A stretch of DNA of 64,000 nt, taken from an uncultured Selenomonadales bacterium. Lineage in GTDB: Bacteria > Bacillota > Negativicutes > Acidaminococcales > Acidaminococcaceae. Location of the stretch: contig ONEW01000008.1 in the NCBI GenBank assembly GCA_900316935.1, positions 1,216 through 65,215 of the forward strand. Direction: 5' to 3'. Position numbers and translations under genes: made by a program. Positions 47,501-56,669 of the stretch are shown piece after piece. A model generated the notes under the pieces. It had not been told where the DNA came from, ran no database searches, and saw only the letters and a list, made by a program, of their open reading frames with translations. The first letter of the stretch is position 1. Each line of letters begins with the position of its first letter.

Positions 47501-47529
47501 CAAGGCGCCCGCCGGCGCCTTGTTTTTTT
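47501..47529 (+). terminator. Second plus-strand intrinsic terminator
   Basis: CAAGGCGCC-CGCC-GGCGCCTTG-T7. Confidence 0.8.
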
Positions 47530-47544
47530 GCGCCGCCGCACGGC

Positions 47545-47970
47545 TCAGCGCGTTCCCAGATAGATGTTGCTGCGGGCCACGCTCAGGTGCAGCTGGCGTT
47601 CCGCGAGGTCCGTAATGCGTTCCGGCGTGCGCAGTTTTTCAACCTGCAGTTTGAGACGCGCGTTGTCGTTCATCAATCGGCTTTCCTGCATCTGCAGCGT
47701 CACGAGCTGGTTGCCGGTCCGGACCAGTGCGGCGCTGCGGACGATGGCACCGACATACAGGAGGCCGAGGATGGCCGCCAGGACGATCAGGTGGCGGCGC
47801 AGCAGCTTATAGCTGCGTCCCGGGTTGCGGTACGGGACGAAGACGCCCGCTTCCTTGTCCCACATGACCATCTGCCCGCTCCGCAGGTTCTGCCTGCGCA
47901 CTTTCAGGGCCGTATTGCCGTCTGTTCCCGGAAATTCCCGATACGGTGCCGCATTTCGTATGCCCGCCAT
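47545..47970 (-). CDS. FtsL/DivIC-like bitopic coiled-coil protein
   Basis: Basic N-terminus, one TM, heptad coiled coil (LQMQESRLMNDNARLKLQVEKL), FtsL-like RTPERITDLAERQLHL end. ATG 47970 (GTG 47976 alternative). Confidence 0.68.
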   Translation of the reverse strand: MAGIRNAAPYREFPGTDGNTALKVRRQNLRSGQMVMWDKEAGVFVPYRNPGRSYKLLRRHLIVLAAILGLLYVGAIVRSAALVRTGNQLVTLQMQESRLMNDNARLKLQVEKLRTPERITDLAERQLHLSVARSNIYLGTR

Positions 47971-47972
47971 TT

Positions 47973-48422
47973 TCACACCTCTTTCCTATGATTCCGATGC
48001 AGGCTCTGCACATACAGCTCCAGCCATTTCTGCACGAAGGCCAGCTCTGCCGGCTGCAGTTCCTTCAGGTCCGCGACCACGCGGAGCATGTCCGGGTTAT
48101 CCCCCAGCATATCCCGGGCCGCCTCGCCACGGGTCCGCCCGCACACCAGCCACTCCAGGTCATACCCCATGTTGCCGATGGCTTCAATCACATCGACAGG
48201 GACGCCGCTGTCGCCGTGTTCGATGGAGGAAATCTGCGACTGGGTCCGCGCTTCCGCACGGGGTCTGCCCAGGGCCTTGGCCAGCGCCAGCGCAAATTCG
48301 CCCTGGTTCAAGCCTTCGCTGAGCCGGACCTGCCGGATGCGGTCATGGATGGTTTCCCCCCGCGCGGGACCGGCCTTCCGCTTCCGTGCGGCGGAAGGGG
48401 CCTGTCTTTTCCTCGTAACCAT
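47973..48422 (-). CDS. XRE/Cro-C1-type HTH transcriptional regulator
   Basis: DRIRQVRLSEGLNQGEFA...TQSQISSIEHG...YDLEWLVCG. GAGGAGG RBS. Confidence 0.85.
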   Translation of the reverse strand: MVTRKRQAPSAARKRKAGPARGETIHDRIRQVRLSEGLNQGEFALALAKALGRPRAEARTQSQISSIEHGDSGVPVDVIEAIGNMGYDLEWLVCGRTRGEAARDMLGDNPDMLRVVADLKELQPAELAFVQKWLELYVQSLHRNHRKEV

Positions 48423-48451
48423 AGCGGCAGCCCTCCTCGTTTACATTCCTT

Positions 48452-48509
48452 ATTATAATACATTATATTGTAAATTTCAATACTTTTTATATATTTTACA
48501 TGAAAATAT
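48452..48509 (-). promoter_or_regulatory. Sigma-A promoter of the XRE-ftsL-like operon with a nearby inverted repeat
   Basis: TTGAAA(48480)-N17-TATAAT(48457). ATATTTT-N5-AAAATAT at 48491-48509, in a very AT-rich tract. Confidence 0.65.
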
Positions 48510-48597
48510 CCTTATCTTTATTTGAATTCAATATATTTATATCAATTTTAAATTCATTTATATCTTATTTTTATATATCAGATTCTGACCGCAGGAC

Positions 48598-48634
48598 AAA
48601 AAAACGGCTGACGGACAACCTATCCGTCAGCCGT
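48598..48634 (-). terminator. Terminator downstream of tRNA-Arg
   Basis: 12-bp perfect stem ACGGCTGACGGA/TCCGTCAGCCGT followed by a T tract. A second hairpin lies at about 48655-48685. Confidence 0.8.
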
Positions 48635-48696
48635 ACAGATTTCGGCGGGGCGTAAAAAAGCAGGACCGCCTGTCCGGCGGTCCCGCGTATTTTTTC

Positions 48697-48771
48697 TGGT
48701 GCGCCTGAGAGGAATCGGACCTCCGCACCCGGTTCCGGAGACCGGTGCTCTATCCACTGAGCTACAGGCGC
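48697..48771 (-). tRNA. tRNA-Arg (anticodon CCG)
   Basis: GCGCCTG acceptor stem, TAGCTCAGTGGATAGAGC D-arm, CCGGT-CTCCGGA-ACCGG anticodon arm, T-arm GGAGGTCCGATTCCTCT, encoded CCA. Confidence 0.96.
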
Positions 48772-48880
48772 ATGTGGGATTACCATGCTATTATAGCACA
48801 GAACCGGCAGTGTCGCAAATATTTTACACACAGGCCGCCGGCATTTGTTATAATGAGAAAGATATCGAAAGGAGATTGCC

Positions 48881-49597
48881 ATGGAATACAGCGAAACGGA
48901 AGCCCATTTTCTGGTCTGTCCCCATTGCGGACATCGCTTTTTACAGAAACTGAAGGTGAATTTCAACACAGCGGATCACCCGGAAGACAAAGCCGCCGTG
49001 CGGAACGGCTCCGCCTTCGTCGTCCGCTGCCCCCGGTGCGGCCATGAGTGGCACCTGCACTACTCCTTCTTCTACGACCAGCCCGAAGACCTGCTGGCCG
49101 TCTACTGTCTCACGGAAGACAAGGATGCCGCGTCCGTCGCCGACGCCATCCGCCGCAACACACTGCCACCGCAGGCCCGGCCTTCCGTTGTGCCCCGGTG
49201 GCAGCAATACACGTGGCGCGTCGTCCGCACGGAAGAGGAATGCCGGGAAAAGCTCGCCATTTTTGATGCCGGCCTGGACGACCGCTGCATCGAACTCTTC
49301 AAAGTCTTCATTCTGAACCAGCTGCAGGCCCAGGCGCCAGACTTCCATGCCGACGAGGTCTGGTTCGCACGCAATCCGGACAAGCCCGCCGGGGACCCCG
49401 CCCCGTACGTGTTCACCATCGTGGACCTGAAGACCAACCAGGTGGCGCAGACGCCCTTCGACGATGCCATCCGCCCGCTCTATGACCAGATAGCCGTCAA
49501 TTTCGGCGACGACATGGAGCGCCTCTTCTCCCGGGAACCGGTCATCGACCTGACCTGGGCGCGGAACTGCCTGGACGCCATCCAGACCAAGAACTGA
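48881..49597 (+). CDS. CpXC-domain protein
   Basis: CPHCG and CPRCG knuckles with a Y-x-D motif. AAAGGAG RBS; hairpin at about 49615-49665. Confidence 0.8.
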   Translation: MEYSETEAHFLVCPHCGHRFLQKLKVNFNTADHPEDKAAVRNGSAFVVRCPRCGHEWHLHYSFFYDQPEDLLAVYCLTEDKDAASVADAIRRNTLPPQARPSVVPRWQQYTWRVVRTEEECREKLAIFDAGLDDRCIELFKVFILNQLQAQAPDFHADEVWFARNPDKPAGDPAPYVFTIVDLKTNQVAQTPFDDAIRPLYDQIAVNFGDDMERLFSREPVIDLTWARNCLDAIQTKN

Positions 49598-49695
49598 ACA
49601 AAAAAGCCAAGAAATAAGACAGGCGTCTGCCGAAGGAACCATTTCCCGGCAGACGCCTGTCCTGTCTTTGTCTTGTTGTTTGCAGCTGCCGTGCT

Positions 49696-50355
49696 TCAGG
49701 CCTTGTCGGCGGCAAAAAAGTCACGGAGTTCGGCCAGGGAATTAACGATCTGCAAGGGGCGGGCCGCTTCCAGCTCCGCCGGCGTGCCATACCCGTAGGT
49801 GACGCCGATGGCCGGCAGTCCCTGCTGGCGGGCACCGACGATGTCGTGGGATTTGTCCCCCACCATGATGGTGCCTGCGCGGTGGTCCGTCAGGCCCAGG
49901 CGGCGCAGGGCTTCGCCGATGACCTCATCCTTGTGCGAGCCCGTTTCGTCCATGTGGGCGCCGACCATCTCGGCAAAATAGCTGTCCAGGCCGAAATGCT
50001 GCAGAATGATGCGCACAAACCGTTCCGGCTTGGACGAAGCGACGCAAAGGGTGCGCCCCGAGTCCCGCAACCCCTGCAGGAGCCGGCCCACACCGGGAAA
50101 CGGTTTGTTCTCAAAAAGGCCGACCGTTTCATAGCGTTCCTGGAAATAGCCGGTGGCCTGCTTCGCCGTCGCATAATCATAGCCGGCGTATTGCATGAAC
50201 TGTTCCGTCAGCGGCGGGCCGATGAAGAGCTCCAGCTTCTTCAGGTCCGGTTCGGGCCGGCCCATTCTGGCCAGGGCGTACTGGACGGATTTGGTGATTC
50301 CCTCGCCCGACGCGGTCAGCGTGCCGTCGAGGTCAAATAAGATCGTATGGTACAT
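49696..50355 (-). CDS. HAD hydrolase (5'-nucleotidase/phosphoglycolate-phosphatase-like)
   Basis: LFDLDGTL, FIGPPL, ASSK, MVGDKSHD, VTYGYG. Confidence 0.88.
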   Translation of the reverse strand: MYHTILFDLDGTLTASGEGITKSVQYALARMGRPEPDLKKLELFIGPPLTEQFMQYAGYDYATAKQATGYFQERYETVGLFENKPFPGVGRLLQGLRDSGRTLCVASSKPERFVRIILQHFGLDSYFAEMVGAHMDETGSHKDEVIGEALRRLGLTDHRAGTIMVGDKSHDIVGARQQGLPAIGVTYGYGTPAELEAARPLQIVNSLAELRDFFAADKA

Positions 50356-50399
50356 AGGGAAATTTCCATTCCTTGTATCGGGATTGCCGCTCCTGCAGA

Positions 50400-51809
50400 T
50401 CACTCTCCCTGTACGACGGGCTTCCTGAAAGGTTCCTTGTCGACCAGGCGTACCACGAAGAGCGTGATGAGGCAGATGAGCCATTCAAAGTAGATGACGT
50501 GCGGGAAGATACGGATGGACGGAATGAAGGTCCAAGCCACAAGGCCAAGGATACCCACCAGGGTCGTCCAGAAGGCCGTGTTCTTGCGGCACAGGCCGGG
50601 TGCGTAAATAGTGCACAGGAAGACCAGTGTGAAGGCCGTCGTCAGGGACAGGCCGACCATCATCATTTTCACGATACCGACCATGTTGAAGGCCATCCAC
50701 AGCGTGACGATCCCAATCAACAGGACGATGACGCGGTTCGCCCGCAGGTATTTTTCCCGGGAGATGTCCGGATTGATGAACCGCTTGTAGATATCCTGCG
50801 AAACGAGCGTGCTGGCATTCATGAGGATGGTGCACGCCGTCGACACGTCGGCCGCCCACAGGGCTGCCAGCGTCAAGCCCGAAGAGAAGGGGTCCAGGCT
50901 CATGACGATCTGGGGCAGGGCCTTCGTCGGATTGATGTCAGGGAATTCCGCAATGGCCGCCATGCCCAGCATCGCAGACAGGAAGCCGATTGGGAAGATG
51001 AGCAGGCCCGCCAGGAAGAAGCCTTTGCGGGCGGAAGAGACGTCTTTCGCGCTGCAGGCGATCTGTACGGGTCCGGCAGAAATGGCCTGCGTCGTCATGA
51101 CCAGGATCCAGCCGAAGAGCATGATGCCTGTCAGCCCGCCTACGGGGCTCATCCAGTCCAGTCCGGACACGGCGGGCAGTTTCGCCTCGATGCCGGCCAG
51201 GCCGCCGTCACGGGCCAGGATGCGGAACAGGGAGTACAGGATGCCGAGGTAGATGATGGCTACGCTCAGCAGGTTCGAAAGGCCCGACGACCAGAGGCCG
51301 CCGATGGCCGTGATGCCGATGAAGACGATGGCGCTCGTAATCATGCCGGCGCGCATGGAGAACACATCCGGCATCAGGGACGACAGAATGGCGCCGCCCG
51401 CGACGTACTGCAGCGACGTGATGCAGATTAGGATGACGGACAGGCCGATGACACTGATGATGCGCGCCTTTTTGTCGTAGCAGCGCTCGAACAGCTCCGG
51501 AATCGTCGTGCAGTTGAGGGCGCGATACTTGCCGGCTGCCACGAGGCCCATGATGATGGCGCCGATGGCCCAGGCGCCGTTATACCAGCCGGCGGACAGG
51601 CCGAGCTTGGTGGCGCTTTCGGCCACGCCTACCGTAGAGGCGGCACCGACGGCCATGCCCGTGGTGCTGACAGCGACCAGCCAGGGGCCGAATTTGCGTC
51701 CGGCGAACAGATATTCCATAGGGTTCTTTTCCGCCCGGCGTTTGACATAGAACGAAACGCCGAACAGCAGGACGATGTACAAGAGGACGATGGCAAACTG
51801 TATGGACAT
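50400..51809 (-). CDS. Sodium:solute symporter (SSS) family transporter
   Basis: YLFAGRK, GAASTVG, TIPELFERCY, TAIGGL; about 13 TM. Confidence 0.92.
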   Translation of the reverse strand: MSIQFAIVLLYIVLLFGVSFYVKRRAEKNPMEYLFAGRKFGPWLVAVSTTGMAVGAASTVGVAESATKLGLSAGWYNGAWAIGAIIMGLVAAGKYRALNCTTIPELFERCYDKKARIISVIGLSVILICITSLQYVAGGAILSSLMPDVFSMRAGMITSAIVFIGITAIGGLWSSGLSNLLSVAIIYLGILYSLFRILARDGGLAGIEAKLPAVSGLDWMSPVGGLTGIMLFGWILVMTTQAISAGPVQIACSAKDVSSARKGFFLAGLLIFPIGFLSAMLGMAAIAEFPDINPTKALPQIVMSLDPFSSGLTLAALWAADVSTACTILMNASTLVSQDIYKRFINPDISREKYLRANRVIVLLIGIVTLWMAFNMVGIVKMMMVGLSLTTAFTLVFLCTIYAPGLCRKNTAFWTTLVGILGLVAWTFIPSIRIFPHVIYFEWLICLITLFVVRLVDKEPFRKPVVQGE

Positions 51810-51952
51810 GATGTCTCCTTACTCCTTTACCCGGTTCGCGGCAGTCCCGCGCCGGAAAATATTGTTTGCATCTATTATATGGGCTGCAGTATAATTAGTA
51901 AAATAGATAATTTGATTTTTAGTTATTTAATTTTTCGATAGAGGTGACCTCC

Positions 51953-52843
51953 ATGGAGATACGCAACCTGAAGACCTTCATCCTCGTGGCGGAACTGCGG
52001 AGTTTTTCCCAAGCCGCCCAGCGGCTCGGCTACTCCCAGTCCACCGTGTCTTTCCAGATCAAGCAGTTGGAAAAGGAGCTCGGTGTCCACCTGTTTGAGC
52101 GCATCCATCACGATGTCCTGCTCACGGAGGAAGGCCGCAAGGTGCTCCATTACGCCCATCGCGTCGACCTGCTCCGGCAGGATCTGGACGCCGCCCTGTC
52201 CGAAAAGGAACGGATCACGGGCCGCATCACCCTGACCATGGCCTCTTCCCTGGAGCCGCTCTTCTTCGGACCCCTTTTTCCCCGTTTCCGCCGGGACTTC
52301 CCGGGAATCTCCCTCAAGGTGAACACGGCGGACGTGCAGGGCATGCTGCAGCAGCTCAACCGGAACACGACGGACCTCATCTTCGCCTTGGAACAGCCCA
52401 TTTATAATACATCATACGTGCACCTGCAGGAAGTCCGGGTTCCCGTGTGCTTTATCGCCGGCGCCGGGCATCCCCTGGCCGGCCGTAAGGAACTGGTCAT
52501 GGAGGACCTGGTCCGCTACCCCTTCCTGCTGACAGAAAAAGGCATGAGCTACCGCCGTTACATGGAGGAACAGATGGCGGCCCGCTCGCTGGAAATCGAG
52601 CCGGTCCTGGAAACAGGCGAAACACGGCACATCGTGCGCCTCGTCGCCCAGGGTCTGGGCCTGTCCTGCCTCCCGGACTACGCGTTCAGGGAACACGAAA
52701 AAACGGGAGAAATCGTCCGTCTGCCCGTGACGGATTTCCACCTGGATGTATGGCTCCAGCTGCTCCGTCACCGGGACAAATGGCTTTCTCCCGCTTTGGA
52801 ATGTGTCATCGCATTCTGCAAGGAAGTGACCGGTCTGGTCTGA
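51953..52843 (+). CDS. LysR family regulator, divergent from the SSS transporter
   Basis: SFSQAAQRLGYSQSTVSFQIKQLEKELGVHLFER. Confidence 0.93.
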   Translation: MEIRNLKTFILVAELRSFSQAAQRLGYSQSTVSFQIKQLEKELGVHLFERIHHDVLLTEEGRKVLHYAHRVDLLRQDLDAALSEKERITGRITLTMASSLEPLFFGPLFPRFRRDFPGISLKVNTADVQGMLQQLNRNTTDLIFALEQPIYNTSYVHLQEVRVPVCFIAGAGHPLAGRKELVMEDLVRYPFLLTEKGMSYRRYMEEQMAARSLEIEPVLETGETRHIVRLVAQGLGLSCLPDYAFREHEKTGEIVRLPVTDFHLDVWLQLLRHRDKWLSPALECVIAFCKEVTGLV

Positions 52844-52846
52844 CCG

Positions 52847-54025
52847 TCAGTGGTGCAGGACCGGTTTCTGCGTGTAGTTCGGATTCGTGAAGGGTACGTT
52901 CACGGCTTTGGCCACGGCCTCCTTCAAGCCATAGCTGCTGTAGGTGGCACCGGACACCACGGCGGCGCCGGCCACGTCCTGGGACGCGATGATGGCCGGA
53001 ATCAGGCCGGCCGCGACCTGGTCGAAATAGCGTTTCGAATCCTGGTGGGAAACGACGGTGATGTCCGTGATGTTCCCGCCCCGGACGGTGACCTGTACCT
53101 GCGTCGTGCCGCTGAACCCTTTGCCGCTGCCCGTGTAGGTGCCGTCCCGGTAATGCCCCTGCTGCTGCACCGCGACGGACCGCCCGGCCTGAGGCAGGGC
53201 CTGTTCCACCGCGACGTTGCCGGCGAAATACAGCCCCGCGATGCCGAGGGCCGCCGTCGTTCCTGCCACAGCCGGGGCCGGGGCGGTCTTCATGTTATCT
53301 TTGGGGCAGTGGGACACACACTGGAAGCAGTCGATGCAGTTGCCGGAACGGATGGCATCGGTCTGCGCCAGGTCGAGTCCCATGCTGCATTCCCACGTGC
53401 ACAGGCGGCAGGAACCGCAGTTCTTGCGCGGCTTGCGGATGGTGAAGAGCCGTTTCCGTGAAACCAGGCTGAACAGGGCGCCCAGAGGACAGAACCAGCG
53501 GCAGAAACACCGTTCAAAAACAAGGGAGCCGATCAGGATCATGACGAGGTACGCGCCGCCGACGGTAGCGAACAGGGACAGGTCCTGCCAGCCCCGGGGC
53601 GTCGTGTAGACACCGAAGACATACCAGGGGCTCCAGTTATCCGGCAAGGGCATCTGCAGGGACCAGAAGCAGACGAAGATGGCTGCAAGGAAAATGTATT
53701 TCACTTTCTGCAGGAACGCCTCCGTCCGGGGCTGCAGGATGACCTTCTTTTTCGTGAAGCGCCGGGAAAAGGCCCAGAGCAGGTCCCCCATGGCCCCGAA
53801 AGAGCACAGGAACCCGCAGAAGAAGCGCCCCCACAGGACCGTAACGGGGAACACGGCCGCGAGAAGGGCCACGTCGTACGCCATGCGGTTCCAGTCCCAC
53901 GTGCCTGCCGCCAGGGCCCGGTACACGCTGCCCACGGCAGAAAAGGCCAGGGAGAAGAGTCCCGGCATGACCAGAAAGGCCGCCAGCTGGATCACGTGGC
54001 GGAGAAATTGTATTTTACGTTGCAT
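52847..54025 (-). CDS. NapH/NosR-like membrane polyferredoxin with a C-terminal FMN-binding domain
   Basis: GRFFCGFLC and FCRWFCPLG motifs, two CxxCxxCxxxC clusters, then a TM and an FMN_bind domain (GKGFSG...VVSGATYSS). Confidence 0.85.
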   Translation of the reverse strand: MQRKIQFLRHVIQLAAFLVMPGLFSLAFSAVGSVYRALAAGTWDWNRMAYDVALLAAVFPVTVLWGRFFCGFLCSFGAMGDLLWAFSRRFTKKKVILQPRTEAFLQKVKYIFLAAIFVCFWSLQMPLPDNWSPWYVFGVYTTPRGWQDLSLFATVGGAYLVMILIGSLVFERCFCRWFCPLGALFSLVSRKRLFTIRKPRKNCGSCRLCTWECSMGLDLAQTDAIRSGNCIDCFQCVSHCPKDNMKTAPAPAVAGTTAALGIAGLYFAGNVAVEQALPQAGRSVAVQQQGHYRDGTYTGSGKGFSGTTQVQVTVRGGNITDITVVSHQDSKRYFDQVAAGLIPAIIASQDVAGAAVVSGATYSSYGLKEAVAKAVNVPFTNPNYTQKPVLHH

Positions 54026-54950
54026 GAAAATCGTCCTTTCCCAACAGCTGCAGGTTGTCCTTCAGGCCCGGCGTCGCCAGGACATCGTACCCGTCCGTGA
54101 CGAAGACCCCTTCCCAGCCCTGGCGCTGCAGCACCGGCAGGGCTGCCGCAGCCCCCGTCACAAGAAACGCCGTGGCCAGGGCGTCCAGACGGACCGCCGG
54201 CGCACCAGCCAGGGTGACGCTGCACAGGCCGGATTGGGCCGGATTCCCTGTGCGGCAGTCGATGACATGGTGATAGAGCCGGTCCCCGCGCCGCACGTAC
54301 CGTTCATACGTTCCGGAAGTCACGACGGCCCCGTCGTGTACCGTGAACCGCCCCATAATGCGGTCCGTACCGGGCTGGGGATGGCGGATGCCGACAGGGG
54401 CGGATCCGCCCAGGATCCACACGGTGCCGCCCAGATCAATCAGGGCTTCCGTGACTCCCCCTTCCAGCAGGATGTCCCGCACCCGGTCCGCCGCAAATCC
54501 CTTGGCGATGCCGCCCAGGTCAATCTGCTGGCCCGGCCGCCGCAGCATGACCTCCCCCGTTTCCGGCCGGAGCAGGACGTCCGCGTCGTCCACCAAATCC
54601 AGTGCCGCCCGGACGGCTGCCTCCGCAGGAGGGATTCCCGACGCCAGGGCCTGGCGCCAGAGCGCCGTCAGGGGACCGGATGTGACGGCAAAGGCGCCGC
54701 CCGTCATGGCAGCGCAATCCTTTGCCTCGCGGAGCAGGGCCATCGTGTCCGGCTTCAGGGGTGTCCAGGTCCGGCCGGCGGCGCGGTTCAGGCGGGAAAC
54801 CTCACTGTCCTCCTTGAAGACGGACCAGTCATCGTCCCGCTCCCGGACCCATTGCCGGACCGTGCGGAGCAGGACATCGTCCCAGACAGGCGCGGCGAAA
54901 CGGCACACGGTGCCCAGGGCATTGAAGGTGATGCTGTGCCAGCCTTCCAT
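54015..54950 (-). CDS. apbE: FAD:protein FMN transferase (ApbE family)
   Basis: ALGT, SEVSRLN, IDLGGIAKG, DLGG, VTSGTYERY, HHVID, DALATA. RBS before ATG 54950. Confidence 0.9.
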   Translation of the reverse strand: MEGWHSITFNALGTVCRFAAPVWDDVLLRTVRQWVRERDDDWSVFKEDSEVSRLNRAAGRTWTPLKPDTMALLREAKDCAAMTGGAFAVTSGPLTALWRQALASGIPPAEAAVRAALDLVDDADVLLRPETGEVMLRRPGQQIDLGGIAKGFAADRVRDILLEGGVTEALIDLGGTVWILGGSAPVGIRHPQPGTDRIMGRFTVHDGAVVTSGTYERYVRRGDRLYHHVIDCRTGNPAQSGLCSVTLAGAPAVRLDALATAFLVTGAAAALPVLQRQGWEGVFVTDGYDVLATPGLKDNLQLLGKDDFHAT

Positions 54951-55131
54951 TCCGTTCCCTCCCTGTGCCGGGCATACCTGGTTGTCCCGCATTGTGTATC
55001 ACTTATATTTATACCGCATTTTGCGTCCTTCTTCCATAGGGTACACATTGATTTTTCAAATATCCATTTGTAAAATAATAGTACGGACGGTCCATTGACC
55101 TGTTCCGATTCGAAATAGGGCGGGAAACATC

Positions 55132-56502
55132 ATGAATCATCATCCACAGCAAATCATACGCGATTTTACACAGGGGGACGTGCGCAGGCAGCTGATTGCC
55201 TTCTCGCTGCCCCTGTTCCTGTCCCATCTGCTCCAGATTGCCTACAACATGGCTGATATGGTCATCATCGGACAGGTCATGGGCAAAGTGGGCCTGTCGG
55301 CCATTTCCGTCGGCGGCGACATTTACAGCTGCATCACCTTCGTAGCTATGGGCTTCGCCAACGCCGGCCAGATTCTGCTGTCCCAATTCATCGGAGCCGG
55401 AAAGCGGGACCAGCTCGACCGCTTCATGGCGACCATCTTCACCTTTTTCCTGGGCTTCGCCCTCACAGTCAGCATCGCCGGCCTCTTCTTCCTGGAAGAG
55501 ATCCTGCAGCTCATGAACACCCCGCCGGAGGCATACGCCGAAGCGCTGGCCTACGCGCGGGTCAGCCTGGCCGGTATCGTCTTCATCGACATGTATAACG
55601 CCGTCAGCGCCGTTTTACGCGGTATGGGCGACGCCAAGCACCCCTTTTACTTCATTGGCTTTGCGGCTCTCCTGAACATCGTCCTGGACTTGGTCTTCGT
55701 ACCTCTTCTGGGCATGGGTGCCGGCGGCGCGGCACTCGCCACGGTGCTCAGCCAGGGATTGAGCTGCGGCCTCGGCTTCGCCTTCCTGCTGCGCCACCGC
55801 GGAGAATACCATCTCACCTTGTCGCCCCGCCTCTTCTTCACGTGGGACCGGCAGCTCATGGGGCTGCTCGTGTCCCTGGGCTTCCCCATGGCCCTCAAGA
55901 ACGCATCCGTCCAGCTGACCAAGATGTTCGTCAATGCCTGGATCAACGCCTTCGGTGTCGCCGTTTCCGCCTTCGCCGGCATCGGGCATAAACTGAACAG
56001 CGCCCTCAACATGCTGTCCAACTCCGTCAACACGGCCGGCGCCTCCATGATTGGTCAGAACATCGGTGCCGGCAAATACGGCCGGGTGCGGCGCATCATG
56101 GCGGAGACCTTCAAATTCATGAGCGTCCTCGCCTGCCTCTTCGCCGCCGCGGTGTACTTTTTCCCGGATCAGATTTTCGGCCTCTTCACGGCTGACCCTG
56201 AAGTTCTGCGCATCGGCCGGGAATACGTGCCCATCGCCATCCTGCTCGCCCTTGGCTGTGATACCCGCTCGGGCAGCAACGCCCTCCTGAACGGTTCGGG
56301 CAATCCGCACATCAACCTGGCCGTCGCCCTTCTCGACGGCATTGTGCTGCGGCTGGGCTTCAGCATCTTCTTCGGCTTCTACTGCCACATGGGATATTTC
56401 GGCCTGTGGCTCGGCGACGCCGTGGCCGGGTTCACCCCTTTCGTCATCTGCCTCTTCTTCTACCGCTCGGGCGCGTGGAAGAAGGCCGCCGTGCACCGCT
56501 GA
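55132..56502 (+). CDS. MATE family efflux transporter
   Basis: LQIAYNMADMVIIG, GMGDAKHP, NIVLDLVF, GAALATVLSQ, GQNIGAG. Confidence 0.92.
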   Translation: MNHHPQQIIRDFTQGDVRRQLIAFSLPLFLSHLLQIAYNMADMVIIGQVMGKVGLSAISVGGDIYSCITFVAMGFANAGQILLSQFIGAGKRDQLDRFMATIFTFFLGFALTVSIAGLFFLEEILQLMNTPPEAYAEALAYARVSLAGIVFIDMYNAVSAVLRGMGDAKHPFYFIGFAALLNIVLDLVFVPLLGMGAGGAALATVLSQGLSCGLGFAFLLRHRGEYHLTLSPRLFFTWDRQLMGLLVSLGFPMALKNASVQLTKMFVNAWINAFGVAVSAFAGIGHKLNSALNMLSNSVNTAGASMIGQNIGAGKYGRVRRIMAETFKFMSVLACLFAAAVYFFPDQIFGLFTADPEVLRIGREYVPIAILLALGCDTRSGSNALLNGSGNPHINLAVALLDGIVLRLGFSIFFGFYCHMGYFGLWLGDAVAGFTPFVICLFFYRSGAWKKAAVHR

Positions 56503-56669
56503 TTGCGGGCCGGCGGGGTCCGGCCGCCCGCCGCAGCGGAATTGCGGGAATTTTACAAAAAGTTTTACTCCGCGCGGCCGGATTATAGTATAATTTAAAC
56601 AGGATGCAACGTGTCACGGCGTCAGGCAAGGGACCCGGACACGTCCGGATCAGAAAGGAGAGGATCAGC

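Noticed and set aside
47545-48771. Prophage or ICE integrated at tRNA-Arg
   Set aside because: No integrase, and I found no duplicated tRNA 3' end (att) in the window. An old remnant cannot be excluded.
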